Source: Fonticula alba ATCC 38817 (lineage: Eukaryota; Protista; Nucleariida). Taken from it: DNA of 61,348 bases. Both the position numbers and the translations under genes were made by a program. Position 1 is the first letter of the stretch. Each line of letters begins with the position of its first letter. The stretch lies in NCBI GenBank assembly GCA_000388065.2, contig KB932205.1; one strand, 5' to 3'. A model generated the notes under the pieces. The model saw only the letters and a list, made by a program, of their open reading frames with translations, had not been told where the DNA came from and did no database searches. Shown in pieces: positions 37,001 through 47,700 of the stretch.

Positions 37001-37613
37001 CCAGGCCGGCGGGCAGGCTGCCACGCCGAGCCCGGTGGTGGCGGCGGCGCTGGCCGGGCCGCTGTCCTCGGCCGCCGACCTGGACCTGCTGGACCTCGGC
37101 CCGCCGGGGACCGCCACCGGGCCCCGGCCCGGGATCGGGGCCCTGCGTCTGCGGGCCTTCGCCGCGGCCTGCTACACGGTCAGCGACTCGGCCGGGCTGG
37201 CCGGCGCGCCGACCCTGATGGCGGCGGTCCTGACCCGGGCCCTGCTGGCATGGGACACCGCCCGCACGGCATCCTGGTCGCTGGATGTCGGGCCTGTTGG
37301 CGGGGGGCTCTTTGGCCTGGAGCCGGCGGATGCCCGGCTGCCGGATGACGGTGGCGTGCGCTTCGCCTGGCTGGCCGCCTATGCCCCGGCCTTCGGGGTG
37401 TCGGTGGTGGCCTCGGCCGATGCCGACCCGCAGGATCAGGCGGACGACCGGAGCCTGGCCCTGGTGGACGATGTGCTGGCGGCCTACCTGGCCGGGTGCC
37501 TGGGGACCGCGCCGACCGGGCCGGGCCGAGCCGCGGCGCCCCCCCCGGCGGCCGCCCTGGCCGCCGCGCGCCAGGCAATGCGCACCCTCTGGTGTGCCCT
37601 GACGGCCGGGTGA
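34056..37613 (+). CDS. RPAP2: RPAP2/Rtr1 RNA polymerase II CTD phosphatase / import factor, long form
   Basis: ATG 34056; spliced Rtr1 zinc domain MDYDAVLLERAEVGRCGYPLC (~34740-34810) and MFCSIGCQSASEIFSRQI (~35095-35150); long last exon to TGA 37613. Confidence 0.88.
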
Positions 37614-38064
37614 GCGGTGCCGGACAATTGCCAACGCACACACCACCACATAGACCTAGACTCCGAGCCCTTCTTTGTTGCCTCCTTGTCCGCCTGGGGG
37701 GGGGGGGGGGGCGATAGGGTGTGTGTGTACACACGGTCGTGCAGGTGTGGCTGTGGTGGAGGTGTCCGAATGTCGCGGCGGGTGGGCGGCGGAGGGGGGG
37801 AGCGTCTGACACGCGCGCTAGATCGCTGGGGGGGGGGGGCTTTTTTTGCGGGGCGATCTCCTGCAGTGACCCGGCCCGACGGCCGGAAGAGGGGGGCAGA
37901 TCCCCTCTCGCCGGGCCTTTTGCACTCCTTCTGCATGGCGACTGCTCCCTGCCCCTCCCTTTCTTTCTCCCTCCCTGCCCCCGCTCCCTCCCTCGCTTGT
38001 CGCCGCCCCCTCCTGCCCCGTGGCCCCCTCTCGCCTGCCTCACTTGGCCACCCCCTCATCGAGC

Positions 38065-41000
38065 ATGATGGCCTCGCCCGGCGCCGGGCCCGCTCTGACC
38101 ATCAGCCAGCCGCTGCTGGCGGCATGTGCTCGGTGGTCCGGGTGCGGGCGCTTTCTGGCTTGCCTGGCGCCACAGGCCGGACCGCCCTCGCGGACCGGAG
38201 GGCCCCCGCTGCCGGGCTTCGACCTGGCCGTGTGGGCTCCCTTCAGCCAGGAGGGCGGCCCGCGCCTGGTGGTTCGCAAGGCCCTCCGCGCTCCAGGGGC
38301 GGCGGCGGCCCCGCGCGAGCCGCGCGTCGGCTGGTCCCCCTGCGGAGGGTTCTTGGTGGTGTATTGGCGCCAGGAGGCGGGCTCCGGGCCGGCCACCGAG
38401 CCCCAGCCGCCCGCCGGTGATGGGAGCCTCTTCCAGGCCGGCGTGGTGACGGTCTTCCGCTTGGTGACCAGCTCCGATGGCACGCGCGTGCGCCTCTCCC
38501 GGCATCTGATCATCGATGATCTGCAGCTCGGCCTCGGGCAGGTCCTCTGGGTTGGTGGCCCCCCGGCGGGCGGGCCCGATGTCCAATTGGTCCTTGTTTC
38601 TGGGCAATGCGTGCGTTTGTCGGTGGCGGTGGTCGGCAGCTGCTACTGCCCCGCTGCCTGGCCTTGCTTCTTCGTTGGCCTCATCTCCCTCCATCTCTCC
38701 CTGTCACTCACTCCCTCGTGCTCTTTTTCTCGCGCCTGCGCCCCCCGGCTCCCTGGCTCACCACCCGCGCCCTGCCGCCTGTGCTGATCTCCCCGGGGCC
38801 GTAGCTTCAGGCGGCCTTCTGGCCGATGGACGGGGCAACGACGGCCACCGCGCCAGCCAGCATTGTCATTAACCCGGCCACTGGCCGCGATGGCCGCGGT
38901 GCGTGCTTCCCCCCTTCCCCCCCCCCTTGTGCTCCCTCGCGCTGCTGCCCCCTGACCGTAAGTGCCCCTCCATCCTGCCGCGCGATCGCGCGCGCGTGCG
39001 CGCACATGGGCCCCTGTGTCGACGTTGGATGTATACATACACACACACATGCACACACACACACACGCACACACACATATGCGCGCACATGCCCGCAGTT
39101 CTGCTCGCGCAGGACCCGACATCCGGGCGCTTTGCCCTGGTCGAGCGCAGCCTCCCAGCTGGCCGACCGGCGATTGTGGTATTCGCCGGGGCCGCCCGGC
39201 CGGAGGTCCTCTTCCGGCAGCAGCTCCAGGGCTTCGTGGCCCCGGAGACGGTCAGCTGGTCTCCCTGCGGGCGGTATCTCTCGGTGACCGAGAGCCCTCT
39301 GGGCACGGTGCGCGCCCAAGCCTGCCTCCCTCCCTCTGCCTCTTTCTTTTCCGCCCGCTCCCTGGGCTCCGGCCAGCCTTGGTGCCGCGGCTCAAACTAA
39401 CTCCCCATGTGTGCTGCCGCTGGCGGCTTGACATGCCCAAAGTACCGGTTCTGCTCTCTTGACACGTACCTGTGGCAGATGGTGCGTCCATCGGCGCACG
39501 TGGCCCACGCCGCGATCCTGGTCACCGGCGATGGAGAAATGCTGCCCCTGGGGGGAGGCGGCGCCGGCGGCGGCAGCAGCGGCGCCGGTGGGCACGCGGG
39601 TGGCGGGCGTCCGCGCGCCGGGTCCGCCTCGCTCCTGTCCCCGGCCACGGCATCTGCCACCGGGTCGGAGGCCAGCCGGCCCGGCATGTCTCGGCCACTG
39701 GGCCCCGGGCGCGCGCCCTCCGAGCACCTTTCCTCGTCGATGGCCTCCGGCGGCCCAGGAGCCCGGTCCCTGGGTCTGAGCAGCAGCTTGGCCTCGGGAC
39801 CCGGGCTTCCGGACGCCGGGTCGCCGCTGCACCCTTCGCGACGCCACATCGCCGGGGGGGTTCGGCAATTGTGCTGGTCGCCGGCGCACAGCGGTGCCGA
39901 GCGCCCGGGCCGGGCCCTGCTGGCGTGCCAGCGTCTGTTGGATGGCGAAGTCCGGCTCTTTGGCGGGCCGGTTTTCGAGGCGCTCACCGGGCCGACGGCT
40001 CCCAGCGAGCCGCTGTGGTCCGGCACCGGCAGCTCCTTTGCCTTCGGTCGATCGGCCACCGGGGCTGGGGAGCTGGCCGTGGCGGCGGCCGCTCAGCCGG
40101 TTGCCTCGCTGCTCGGCGCTGCCGGCGGCGCCGGTGCCCAGGCCGGGGAGGCCCCCGCCTCGACGCGCTCCTGGGCCGAGTTGGCCTCCCTGGCCTTCAG
40201 TCCGGATGCCGCGTCCCCGGGCGAATGTGTGCGTTCAGGCCGATCGCCCGGCTGCGCCGAGGCATTTTAGCTTTTTTTTTCTGTTTGACCTTCCTATTGA
40301 CGTGCCCTGCCTCCGGCATATGTGTGCGTGTGCGTGTGCGTGTGCGTCTGTGCGCGCGTGTGTTTATGTGGGTCAAATGTGTGCGTACGTGTGCACCTCC
40401 ATGGGCCCGTGCCACGACGCAGTCCATCTTCCTGGAGGAACATTTGAGTGAGGGAATCAAATGTGCGTGTATGTGTGTGGGTGCTGCCCGCCTTCTTCGG
40501 CCTCCTGCGGCTTCGCGCCAGGAACTGACCTCCTTCTTGTTTGGGGATCCCATGTGCACTGGGACCGGCGCGCGGGCACCACCCATTCCCCCCCCCCCCC
40601 CCTTCCCCCCCGCACGGTAGATGCCGTGCATGCAAATGGCCCCGACACGGGGGACCGGCTGCGCGAGGTGCTGACCATGCCGTCGGTGCGTCTGGCGCAC
40701 TTTGCCTTGCGACCGCCGGAGGAGGCCGGAGATGCCGGGCCGGTGGATGTGCCCTTTGTTTCGGACAAGACGGCTGCTGCCTTCGAGGCATTCGCCCTGG
40801 AGTGCCTGCATGGACCGCCGATGTCCTTCAGCCCGACGTGTGCTCTTCCGATCTGTCTGGCGCACTTTGCCTTGCGACCGCCGGAGGAGGCCGGAGATGC
40901 CGGGCCGGTGGATGTGCCCTTTGTTTCGGACAAGACGGCTGCTGCCTTCGAGGCATTCGCCCTGGAGTGCCTGCATGGACCGCCGATGTCCTTCAGCCCG

Positions 41001-41969
41001 GACGGCCGGTGGCTGGTGGTGGTGTCCGGTACGGCTGGACCCTGGCCCTGCGTGGTTCCCCGCGCCCCCTTTCTTCCCGCGCCGCGCCTGCGCCCTGGTG
41101 GAATGCTGACCATGGCGAAGGCCAAATCCCGAATGCCGTCCTGGTGTGGGACATCCTGGGCGAGTCGCCTGACCCCGGAGCGACGGACCCGCGGCCGCAC
41201 TACCGCGCTCCGGGCCTGGTGGCGGTGCTGGAGATCGGAAGAGCGTCGTGCCGCGCCTGCGCCCTGGTGGAATGCTGACCATGGCGAAGGCCAAATCCCG
41301 AATGCCGTCCTGGTGTGGGACATCCTGGGCGAGTCGCCTGACCCCGGAGCGACGGACCCGCGGCCGCACTACCGCGCTCCGGGCCTGGTGGCGGTGCTGG
41401 CACACCGGTCATCGGTGGCCTCGGTGGCCTGGCGCCCGGCGCTCGACAGCCAGCCCCCCGGCCTGCCGGAGCTTTGGATTGCCACCCGCCAGCCGGGGGT
41501 CCTCTTCCGCTGGACGCCCCTCGGAGCGGATGTCGTGCACCTGCCGCTCGGTGAAGCCGGCGATGCCACTTGTGCGTGCTTCATCGCCCCTCCCCCCCCC
41601 CTCCCTCCTCCCCTCCCTGCCGCCCGTGTGAGGTGAGGCCTCTCGATGTGGGGGCCTCCTTTTTGTCCATCTGCCTTGCCCCTCCTTCTTTGTGCTTTCC
41701 CCCTCCCCCCTCCCCCTTGCTGCCGTTGCTGACCCAGACACACGGCTGGGCCAGATTTCCTGCCCTCCTCCCTGCACTGGGCCCCACGCCGGGGCAGCCC
41801 CAATGCCTGTCTGGCGATCGTCGGCCATGCCCTCTCGCCGCAGGCCCCCGGCCCGACGCCCGCCTCACGGGGGCTGGTCCTGCTCTGGGCCGGCGCCGCC
41901 TTGGGCCCCGAGGACGCTGGGCGCCCGCGGCCACCACGGCCAGACCCGGCACCGGCCGTGGCTTCCTGA
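38065..41969 (+). CDS. WRAP73: WRAP73/WDR8 WD40 protein (contains two adapter-induced false duplications)
   Basis: WSGCGRFLAC; IIDDLQLGLGQVLW; GRFALVER; VSWSPCGRYLSV; FSPDGRWLVVVS|GQIPNAVLVWDI; LVAVLAHRSSVASVAW; LFRWTPLGADVVHLP; last exon FLPSSLHWAP. These follow the order of WRAP73 motifs (PNAVWVWD, LYLWSP). The 3' end is approximate. Confidence 0.78.
40835..40854 (+). other. Illumina TruSeq adapter remnant (assembly artefact)
   Basis: GACGTGTGCTCTTCCGATCT, the 3' end of the TruSeq read-2/index adapter, sits between identical copies 40690-40835 and 40855-41000. Confidence 0.97.
41232..41250 (+). other. Illumina TruSeq adapter remnant (assembly artefact)
   Basis: AGATCGGAAGAGCGTCGTG, the universal-adapter read-through sequence, sits between identical copies 41082-41231 and 41251-41400. 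Confidence 0.97.
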
Positions 41970-44535
41970 CGCGCGTTGGGGGCCAGCGGCGGGGCGCCGG
42001 TTTATGTGCCAATGTACTCTGCCGAGAGTTGGCACTCCCAGCATCCTCCCCGGTTCCGGCACAGTGGCGGACAACTTTGGGGCTTCGCGGGGCGGGCGGG
42101 CGGGCGGGCGGNNNNNNNNNNNNNNNNNNNNNNNNNNNNNNNNNNNNNNNNNNNNNNNNNNNNNNNNNNNNNNNNNNNNNNNNNNNNNNNNNNNNNNNNN
42201 NNNNNNNNNNNNNNNNNNNNNNNNNNNNNNNNNNNNNNNNNNNNNNNNNNNNNNNNNNNNNNNNNNNNNNNNNNNNNNNNNNNNNNNNNNNNNNNNNNNN
42301 NNNNNNNNNNNNNNNNNNNNNNNNNNNNGGGGGAGGGGCAAAGTGCGGCCGGCGCGCGGGGGCCGGCCCAGCCGTCCACACGGGGGACCAAGAGGGCGGG
42401 AGAGTTAACTCGGGCAGAGGGCGGTCGTAGTTGCTTCGGCTAGTGTGCGAATACTCGGTGGGTTCCGGTGCGCGCCCCCGCGCCGGCTCGTCGAGGTGTT
42501 TGCCCGCTCGGCCGGTGGGGCCGGCCCGGTGAGTGCCTCCTGTTGGTGGCCGGCCCGGCATGAGGGCCCGAAGTCCGCTGGGAAGTGCTTCGCGCGGGGG
42601 CCGGCCCCCGGAAGCAGCACGCGAGATGAGCTTACCCTCGGACCCCGGTCTCGCGATCCGCGTGCCACCAACATTCACGCACGCACACGCACGCGCGCCG
42701 AGGGCGTGGCGAAGGGACACACCCCGCTGCGGCCCACCAAAAGGGCAGCCGGGCCTGGTAGCGGCGCCGGCGCCGGCTTCTTTCGATTTGCACCGGCAGG
42801 GCCCCCCCCCCCCCCCCCCCCTGGCCCGTCGCCGACGCCGGGCGGCGCGGGTGAAGGACGCCCTCGGCTCCGCGTCCCCCCTGGGGTCTAATTTGACCAA
42901 CACCTGCGCGCACAGGGGCCACTTTTCGGCCCCCACACCGGCCGCAGGCGGGGCAAGGGGGGAGAGATATACACGCACGGGCGCATTCGCGCATCCACCC
43001 GCGCGCCTCGGTGGGCTGGTGCGCCGGGGGGGGGGCCGCTGCCCGCGCGCAGGTCCCTCCCTCGCCCTGGCCCCAGATCCCCGCCGGCCGCGGGTCCGCA
43101 CGAACAACAGCGGGAATATACAGTGCGGCTGCCCCCGCGCGCCCCCCCCCCTCCCGCGCCCGCCGCCAAGGGCGCCCACCGGGTCTGCCCCNNNNNNNNN
43201 NNNNNNNNNNNNNNNNNNNNNNNNNNNNNNNNNNNNNNNNNNNNNNNNNNNNNNNNNNNNNNNNNNNNNNNNNNNNNNNNNNNNNNNNNNNNNNNNNNNN
43301 NNNNNNNNNNNNNNNNNNNNNNNNNNNNNNNNNNNNNNNNNNNNNNNNNNNNNNNNNNNNNNNNNNNNNNNNNNNNNNNNNNNNNNNNNNNNNNNNNNNN
43401 NNNNNNNNNNNNNNNNNNNNNNNNNNNNNNNNNNNNNNNNNNNNNNNNNNNNNNNNNNNNNNNNNNNNNNNNNNNNNNNNNNNNNNNNNNNNNNNNNNNN
43501 NNNNNNNNNNNNNNNNNNNNNNNNNNNNNNNNNNNNNNNNNNNNNNNNNNNNNNNNNNNNNNNNNNNNNNNNNNNNNNNNNNNNNNNNNNNNNNNNNNNN
43601 NNNNNNNNNNNNNNNNNNNNNNNNNNNNNNNNNNNNNNNNNNNNNNNNNNNNNNNNNNNNNNNNNNNNNNNNNNNNNNNNNNNNNNNNNNNNNNNNNNNN
43701 NNNNNNNNNNNNNNNNNNNNNNNNNNNNNNNNNNNNNNNNNNNNNNNNNNNNNNNNNNNNNNNNNNNNNNNNNNNNNNNNNNNNNNNNNNNNNNNNNNNN
43801 NNNNNNNNNNNNNNNNNNNNNNNNNNNNNNNNNNNNNNNNNNNNNNNNNNNNNNNNNNNNNNNNNNNNNNNNNNNNNNNNNNNNNNNNNNNNNNNNNNNN
43901 NNNNNNNNNNNNNNNNNNNNNNNNNNNNNNNNNNNNNNNNNNNNNNNNNNNNNNNNNNNNNNNNNNNNNNNNNNNNNNNNNNNNNNNNNNNNNNNNNNNN
44001 NNNNNNNNNNNNNNNNNNNNCCGGACGCGTACTCGCGCTATACCGGCCAACCGGGGCCGGGGGAAGCGGGGGGAGGGGGGGGGGAGCCCGGCCGCGCGTT
44101 CCCGCCCTTTTTTCCATTCGGCCCGGGTGTTTACCCTTATTGGCCGCCGGGCTGTTGGCCGCCGGCCCACCCCGGCGCTGTGGCATATCCCCCTCCCCTC
44201 CCTCCCCCCCCCCCTCCCCTCCGTCCTTGCTTTGCCATCCTACACCGCCGGGCCTCCGGATGTCCGCGCGGATCCTCTCCCTCTCCTCGCTCCTTCCCTC
44301 CCTCCGCCGCACTCGCCTCTCCCTCTCGGGTTCCCGGCTCGCCACTTTCGCGACCTCGCCCGCCACTCGGCCCCCCGCTCGGCCCTGGCCCTGCACAGGC
44401 AGCCCGTACGCATCCCCGCTCTGGGACCTCCTGGCCCGCCGGCACGCGCGGCTGTGCGGGCAAAAACGCGCACCTCTCGCCCCATTGCAGCATACGCCCT
44501 CGGTGTTTGGCCCTTGCACTAACCTGTATACCCGT

Positions 44536-44576
<41 letters not shown>

Positions 44577-44727
44577 CATTAGCCGCCACTTCTCCTCCTC
44601 TCCCCCTGCCCACGGCCGCCACAGCCGCCGTACCGTCGCTGCCACCGCCGCCGCCGCCGCCGCAAGGTCCACATCTCGCCCCGACGGCCCCAAGCCGGCT
44701 TCCCCGCGTAGTCCCCCCAAAAACACC

Positions 44728-47700
44728 ATGGACAGCGATGACGAGTTCATTGCCTCCCTGTCGCCGCCGAAGCTTGTGCCGCAGGTGACCCCGCCGGCCC
44801 CAGGCCCTGGTGGCCCCGGCACCTCGACCTCCGCCCAGACGTCCGCCCCGCCCCCTCGGCGAGGGCGCGGCGGTGGTGGTGATCGATCTTCCGGCGCGCC
44901 GGCCTCCAACACCGGCGGCGGTGGTGGCGGCCGCGGCAAGTCGCAGCGAAACCGCTCGGGCGGCAACACTGCCAACTCCCTCGCCCGGAGCCTCGGCTGC
45001 GCCGTCCCCGAGCCGGTGGTCCCCACCATCAAGGGCGAAGTCTCGGCCCCGGGGAAGTTCGCGTTCGTGTACCTCCAGCGCCGGCCGATGTATGGCCCCA
45101 CACCGCCGGCCATGGCATACGACACACTCCAGAGCAAGACCATGCTCTCGGCCATCGACCTGGCCGCCGCCAACAAGTACCTCTCCGAGGTGTCCTTCCT
45201 CAGCCCGCGCGGTGTGGCCAACACCATGAGCTTCCAGTGGCCGGAATTGTGCGTCCCCCGCCGCGTGACATGATGCTGCCCTGCTTTGCCGGCCACCGGC
45301 CACCGGCTGCAGCCGCCCTCGGCTTCCCCATCCATCCATCCATCCATCCATCCATCTTGCTGCTTCTCGGGCCCTCTTCTCGTCTCCCCCTTCCTCCCTG
45401 GCTGACCTTACCCCGGGCTTCTTCCTGCCCCTCGCTCCGTGCCATCTGACACCCCCGTGCAAAGCGTCTCCCTGGGCGATGCCATCAAGTACAACATTTC
45501 TCAGGAGAACTTCCCCCTGGAGATCACCCCCCATGAGAAGGGCGGCTTCCATGCGCATCTGATTCTGCAGCACCCCGGTAAGAAGCCCTTCCTCCGGTAC
45601 CGGGTCCTGGGCGGCCCCTTTGCCACCCAGGGCCAGGCGGTGCGCGCGGCGGCCCTCGCCTCGAACCATCTCCGCGACCTGTGTGTCGCGCACCCGGCCG
45701 ATACGCCGGATCTGGCCCACCTGCGGGCGTCCTCCATCCTGGACCCCACGCTGTCTCTCCTCCGGAATTGGCATCACAAGTGCGCTGCACAGAGAGGCCG
45801 CCAGCCGGCGCCGGACACTCCCCGGCCCCGGGCGGTCCCTGCCCCCTCGCCCAGCCTGCCCCCCGGGCCTCCTTCTCCACTTCTTCCTTCCCTCGTATCC
45901 CCGCCTTGCCCCGGCATCGGCATCGCATTGGCCACTGACCGCCCAANNNNNNNNNNNNNNNNNNNNNNNNNNNNNNNNNNNNNNNNNNNNNNNNCCCCCC
46001 CCCGCCCGGCGGCCTCCCCTCTGAAGCCCGATTGCCGCGCTGGCCACCTTCCTGGCACGCCAGGGCCATGACTTGGCCTCCTGTGCGAATGTCGCCCGAT
46101 CTCGGGACACCTTCAATGCCACCATCCGCTGGCCATTCACTCCGCCGCAGACGCGTCAGCTGTCCACCTCGGCCGCCGGGCCCACCGATGTGGCCGCCCT
46201 GCAGCAGGCCTGCTTCCAAATGATGGAGACCTTGGAGAACACGACCGGCGTTTCCTTTGCCGGCCTCCCCGTGGTCGAGGGGTACGAGCTGGATCCGGCC
46301 TCCTTCCCGGCGGCCATTTACCCGGCCCCGGCGCAGCCTACCCCGCCGTACAGTGCGTAGAGCATCTTGGCCCGCCGTGTTTGTCTCGGCCTCCTCTTTT
46401 TTTTTTCTTTCTTTGTTCCCGCCTCCGTGCTCCTGCAAGGCGACCACCGCGCCATCGGGCGGGGAGGGGGGGGGGAGAAAAAAAGAAGCCCACCCACTCT
46501 AACTCCATGGGATTCGATCGATCTGGGATCCCCCTCGGCCCATGGCTTCCAGCGCTGTCCCACTGGCTGGACCAGACGGCCATGAAGCTCTTCGGCTCTC
46601 GGGTGCATGTGGCCCAGCTGGATCTGGCGCCGGAGCAGATGCGCTTCAAGAAGACCAACTTCAGCCGGGTGGTCAAGTTGACCTGGCCGAATGGCCGCTT
46701 CTCGGCCATCGGCCTGTATCCCTCCTCGTCGACGTACATCGTGCCGATGGCCGCCTATGAGGCCCTGCTGCGCTCCATGAACCTGTCGCTGGAGGCCCTG
46801 ACCAACCCCAGGAAGGAGTTGCCCTCCTCGGTCCTTCCCCAGAAGAAGCCCACCGCCGAGCATGTCCACGCCCTTGAGAATGCGGCCCTCATCACGCCGG
46901 ACAACCTGCGCGTCTTGCAGATCCCCGGTGCGTGGGCCCGCCTGTGCCCCGGTCTTCCTTTCTGCCTCTCCGCCCCCGGCCCCCGGCCCTCGCCCCCGCC
47001 CCCGCCCCCGCCCCCGCCCCACCTCCTCCCCGTGGTATGTCGCCACACTCACCAATGACCCGCATGCTCTTCTCGGCACCAGCCCCCTACTTCGGGGACC
47101 TGGTCACCCTTTTCCCCAACACCCGGCTCATGACCACCATCATGGAGGTGTCGACCCAAATCGAGGCGCTGCTGAGCCGGTGCGACAACAAGGACTTCAC
47201 CTTCGAACGGTCGAAGTTCTCGTCGCGCCTGCCGCCCGAGCACCCGGCTCTCCCGCGCACCGAATGGTCCCTCAAGCACTCGCCCGATCGAAAGATCATC
47301 TGCAACATGCAGGTGGACTTCCCGGAGTACTACTCCTTCCCGCTGATCTCCCGCAAGCCGGACCGGTCGGAGACCATCGAGGCCACCTTCCAGACGTCGG
47401 ATGAGCTTTTCTGCGTGCTGCGTGCCGCCGAGCAGCTCCTCTTCCGCATCAACACCCTCTTCGACAGCAGCAACGCCTCGCCCTATGTGCAGAAGTCCTA
47501 CCATCTGGATCTGCCAGTGCGGTCGCACATTGACGGGCTGCTGCGGGAGTTTGTCCCGCTCCTGGACACTGACCAGAAGCCCACGGATGATGTGCGTGTG
47601 TGGGGCACCTGCATTTTGTGTTCCTCTTTTGCTGCTTTGGGTCAGGGAGGGGAGGGGGGGGGGGGGGGCCGGGGGGCGGGTCTCCCTTTCTTTTCCGCCC

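Noticed and set aside
40690-41400. Repeat-spacer-repeat pattern as a CRISPR array or genuine internal duplication
   Set aside because: The spacers are exact Illumina adapter sequences and the copies are 100% identical.
42380-42640. RNase MRP/P assignment (CTCGGGCAGAG and GAGCTTAC resemble MRP motifs; minus-strand GAGGGTAAGCTCATC resembles the H1 RNA start)
   Set aside because: The CR-I/CR-V P4 pseudoknot cannot be formed on either strand.
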